Source: Candidatus Lutacidiplasmatales archaeon
GTDB lineage: Archaea; Thermoplasmatota; Thermoplasmata; Lutacidiplasmatales; UBA184
Assembly: GCA_044451945.1 (NCBI GenBank)
Contig: JBIOKR010000001.1
Span: 7,672-71,671 of the forward strand
Length of the DNA: 64,000 bases
Direction of reading: 5' to 3'
Positions 62,288-64,000 of the stretch are shown piece after piece. The notes beneath the pieces were generated by a model. The model did no database searches. It saw only the letters and a program-made list of their open reading frames with translations, and had not been told where the DNA came from. Each line of letters starts with the position of its first letter. Within the stretch, counting starts at the first letter, position 1. The translations under genes were made by a program, and so were the position numbers.

Positions 62288-63280
62288 ATGCCGGTTCGTG
62301 CGCTCTGGCGGGAAGGAGAACGCCTCGCGCTCATCGACCAGCGCCTGCTCCCCGGGAGGCTCAAGGTCCTCAGGCTCTCCCGCGCCGCCGACGTGGCGAT
62401 GGCGATCCGCAACATGACGGTCCGAGGCGCGCCGGCGATCGGTGTCGCCGCCGCCTATGGGATGGCGATCGCCTCGAAGGAGAAGCGCTACACCGTCGCC
62501 CGCGCCGCCCGGTTGTTGGGCTCCACCCGACCGACCGCCGTCGATCTGTTCGTCGGGATCGAGCGGGTCCGAAAGGCCTGGGCGCAAGGGGAGGACACAT
62601 TTCCGGCGGCGGATCGTTACCGTGACGAGATCGTGGGGGAGTGCCGACAGATCGGCGAGGCCGGCGCGAAATTGTTCAAATCGCACAGCAAGGTGCTCAC
62701 GCATTGCAATGCCGGAGCGCTCGCCACCGTCGAGTGGGGGACGGCGCTCGCCCCCCTGCGCGTCGCGCACGACCGGGGCGCCGAGCTGTTCGTGTGGGTC
62801 GACGAGACCCGCCCGCTCCTCCAGGGGGCGCGCCTCACCGCGTGGGAGTTGGGCCGCGAGCGGATTCCCTATGCGGTGATCGTCGACAACGCCGCCGGTC
62901 ACTTCATGGCGACCGGCGAGGTCGACTCGGTGATCGTCGGTGCCGATCGCATCGCACGCAACGGGGATTTTGCCAACAAGATCGGGACGTACGAGAAGGC
63001 GGTCGTGGCGAAGGAGAACGGGATCCCGTTCTACGTCGCCGCCCCGTGGAGCACGTTCGATTCGCGCCGGCCCAACGGAGAGGCGATCCCGGTGGAAGAG
63101 CGGCGACCCGAAGAGGTGCTGAGCTACGCCGCAAAGGTCACGGCGCCCAAGAACGGGCGGGCGCGCAACCCGGCGTTCGACGTCACTCCGAACCGCTTCG
63201 TCACGGGGTTCGTAACACCGGACGGTGTGGTCACGCCGAGGCGCTTGGCGAAGACGTTCTCGGCACGCGGCGGGAACTGA
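62288..63280 (+). CDS. mtnA: S-methyl-5-thioribose-1-phosphate isomerase (eIF-2B alpha/beta/delta-like family)
   Basis: MTVRGAPAIGVAAAYG, THCNAGALAT, VDETRPLLQGARLTAWEL, GADRIARNGDFANKIGTY. Confidence 0.88.
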   Translation: MPVRALWREGERLALIDQRLLPGRLKVLRLSRAADVAMAIRNMTVRGAPAIGVAAAYGMAIASKEKRYTVARAARLLGSTRPTAVDLFVGIERVRKAWAQGEDTFPAADRYRDEIVGECRQIGEAGAKLFKSHSKVLTHCNAGALATVEWGTALAPLRVAHDRGAELFVWVDETRPLLQGARLTAWELGRERIPYAVIVDNAAGHFMATGEVDSVIVGADRIARNGDFANKIGTYEKAVVAKENGIPFYVAAPWSTFDSRRPNGEAIPVEERRPEEVLSYAAKVTAPKNGRARNPAFDVTPNRFVTGFVTPDGVVTPRRLAKTFSARGGN

Positions 63281-63322
63281 ACGACGCTCTCGGCCTTGCG
63301 AGCGGGGCCCTGTGGGCCCAGC

Positions 63323-63466
63323 CTATAGGGAGGTGCCGAGGAGGTGGACGATCCCGTGGAACCAGGAGCCCACGGCCGGGGCGAGGTTCAAGCCGATGTA
63401 GCTCAGCACGACCACGCCGGAGAGAAGGACGACGACCGTCGTCAGCCACGCCATCGCTGCTCCCAT
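63323..63466 (-). CDS. Small (47 aa) membrane protein
   Basis: MGAAMAWLTTVVVLLSGVVVLSYIGLNLAP..., with GGAGG 9 nt upstream of the ATG. The longer track ORF (to 63589) is unsupported. Confidence 0.55.
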   Translation of the reverse strand: MGAAMAWLTTVVVLLSGVVVLSYIGLNLAPAVGSWFHGIVHLLGTSL

Positions 63467-63615
63467 CGTTTCTTCCTCCGATGCGAGGGGCTTTTTCGTG
63501 CGAGGCGATAGATAAACTGTTCTTTCCACCCGCACGGTGGGTCCCCGGTAGTCGCGGGGGCGTGGGTAAAGGCCCGCGGGGGCGCGCAAGATTCAAGAGA
63601 CGCCACCGCTAGGGC

Positions 63616-63720
63616 GCAGCGAGCTGCCCTGGTAGTCTAGTGGTCTAGGATCTAAGTCTGTCGAGCTTGGGACTCGGGTTCGAAGACGGGTGCGGCCCGA
63701 CCGCTCCCGCCGAAACTCCC
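63616..63720 (+). tRNA. tRNA-Asp(GUC) interrupted by a 32-nt intron in the T-loop (between positions 59 and 60)
   Basis: Hand fold: acceptor GCCCTGG/CCAGGGC plus G73; D-arm GTCT-AGTGGTCTA-GGAT; anticodon arm TAAGT-CTGTCGA-GCTTG (GTC at 63650-63652); variable loop GGAC; T-stem TCGGG/CCCGA; T-loop TTCGAA[intron]T. No encoded CCA. Confidence 0.8.
63675..63706 (+). other. tRNA intron with bulge-helix-bulge splice motif
   Basis: T-stem (5 bp), then a 4-bp helix TTCG/CGAA flanked by the 3-nt bulges AA|G and AC|T, then an intron hairpin CGGGTGCGG-CCCGA-CCGCTCCCG. Confidence 0.7.
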
Positions 63721-63824
63721 GACCAGGGCGCTCTCCCCGCCGCGCCGCCGGCTCGACGGCGGCGCATTTCGGGCCGTCCGGCCGGGCCCTGAACTGTTAA
63801 TCCACCGGCCCCTTTCCGTCGCTC

Positions 63825-64000
63825 GTGGCCGAGGGGGACAAGCGCCCTGCCGAGTCGCCCCAGTACTTCTCGCACGCGGTCGCCGGAGCCCTGCGCGGAG
63901 CGCAGGAGCGTCGCCTTCTCGAGCTGGTCAAGAAAGGGCCGGTCCCCCGGCATCTCGCCATCATCATGGACGGGAACCGACGGTTCGCCTTCAGCCAAGG
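63825..64000 (+). CDS. uppS: Undecaprenyl/di-trans,poly-cis-prenyl diphosphate synthase, 5' part (truncated by window end)
   Basis: PRHLAIIMDGNRRFA is the cis-prenyltransferase N-terminal signature. The frame opens after TAA at 63798-63800 and GTG 63825 is the first start. Confidence 0.8.
   Translation, partial: MAEGDKRPAESPQYFSHAVAGALRGAQERRLLELVKKGPVPRHLAIIMDGNRRFAFSQ

Noticed and set aside
63645-63998. 117-aa minus-strand ORF
   Set aside because: It overlaps the tRNA-Asp gene and is antisense to the uppS 5' end, which carries the diagnostic IIMDGNRRFA motif.
1-64000. CRISPR arrays, rRNA genes, IS elements with terminal inverted repeats
   Set aside because: Reading through the window I saw no regularly spaced short repeats, no rRNA-like conserved stretches and no transposase-like ORFs. 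This was a scan by eye, not an exhaustive computation.

Overview
This is a G+C-rich, gene-dense archaeal chromosome segment. The archaeal assignment rests on TFB, aIF5B, Dpo4, TruD, a Nog1-type GTPase, an aCPSF-like beta-CASP RNase and a tRNA intron with a bulge-helix-bulge motif. All calls come from motif reading by eye; no searches were run.

The left quarter (1 to about 15.9 kb) is accessory DNA.
- It starts with an integrated plasmid/virus-like element. That element carries a primase-polymerase/helicase fusion, an orphan DNA methyltransferase, a serine recombinase and a tyrosine integrase.
- The element ends at a tRNA 3'-end fragment.
- The same fragment recurs three more times. One recurrence is an exact 18-bp direct repeat (9036-9053 and 15905-15922) bracketing a 6.9-kb island.
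- The island holds ArsR/SRPBCC genes, a VapB-like/RelE-like pair and small membrane or secreted proteins.
- I read this as a stacked tRNA-targeted integration hot spot.

The remainder looks like host DNA.
- An ABC-2 transporter.
- A locus of secreted, sequon-rich PKD-repeat proteins with an S53 sedolisin and PNGase A-like and G1-like domains.
- Housekeeping genes: TFB, aIF5B, Dpo4, a KaiC-like pair, TruD, IMPase-NAD kinase-JAMM, Amt.
- A gcvPA-gcvPB-M24 peptidase-PPi-PFK-MtnA run.
- A tRNA-Asp(GUC) with a 32-nt intron in the T-loop (59/60) carrying an almost canonical BHB motif.
- The 5' end of uppS at the right edge.

Many long ORFs on the supplied track are Arg/Pro/Gly-rich shadow frames typical of high-GC DNA and were not called.
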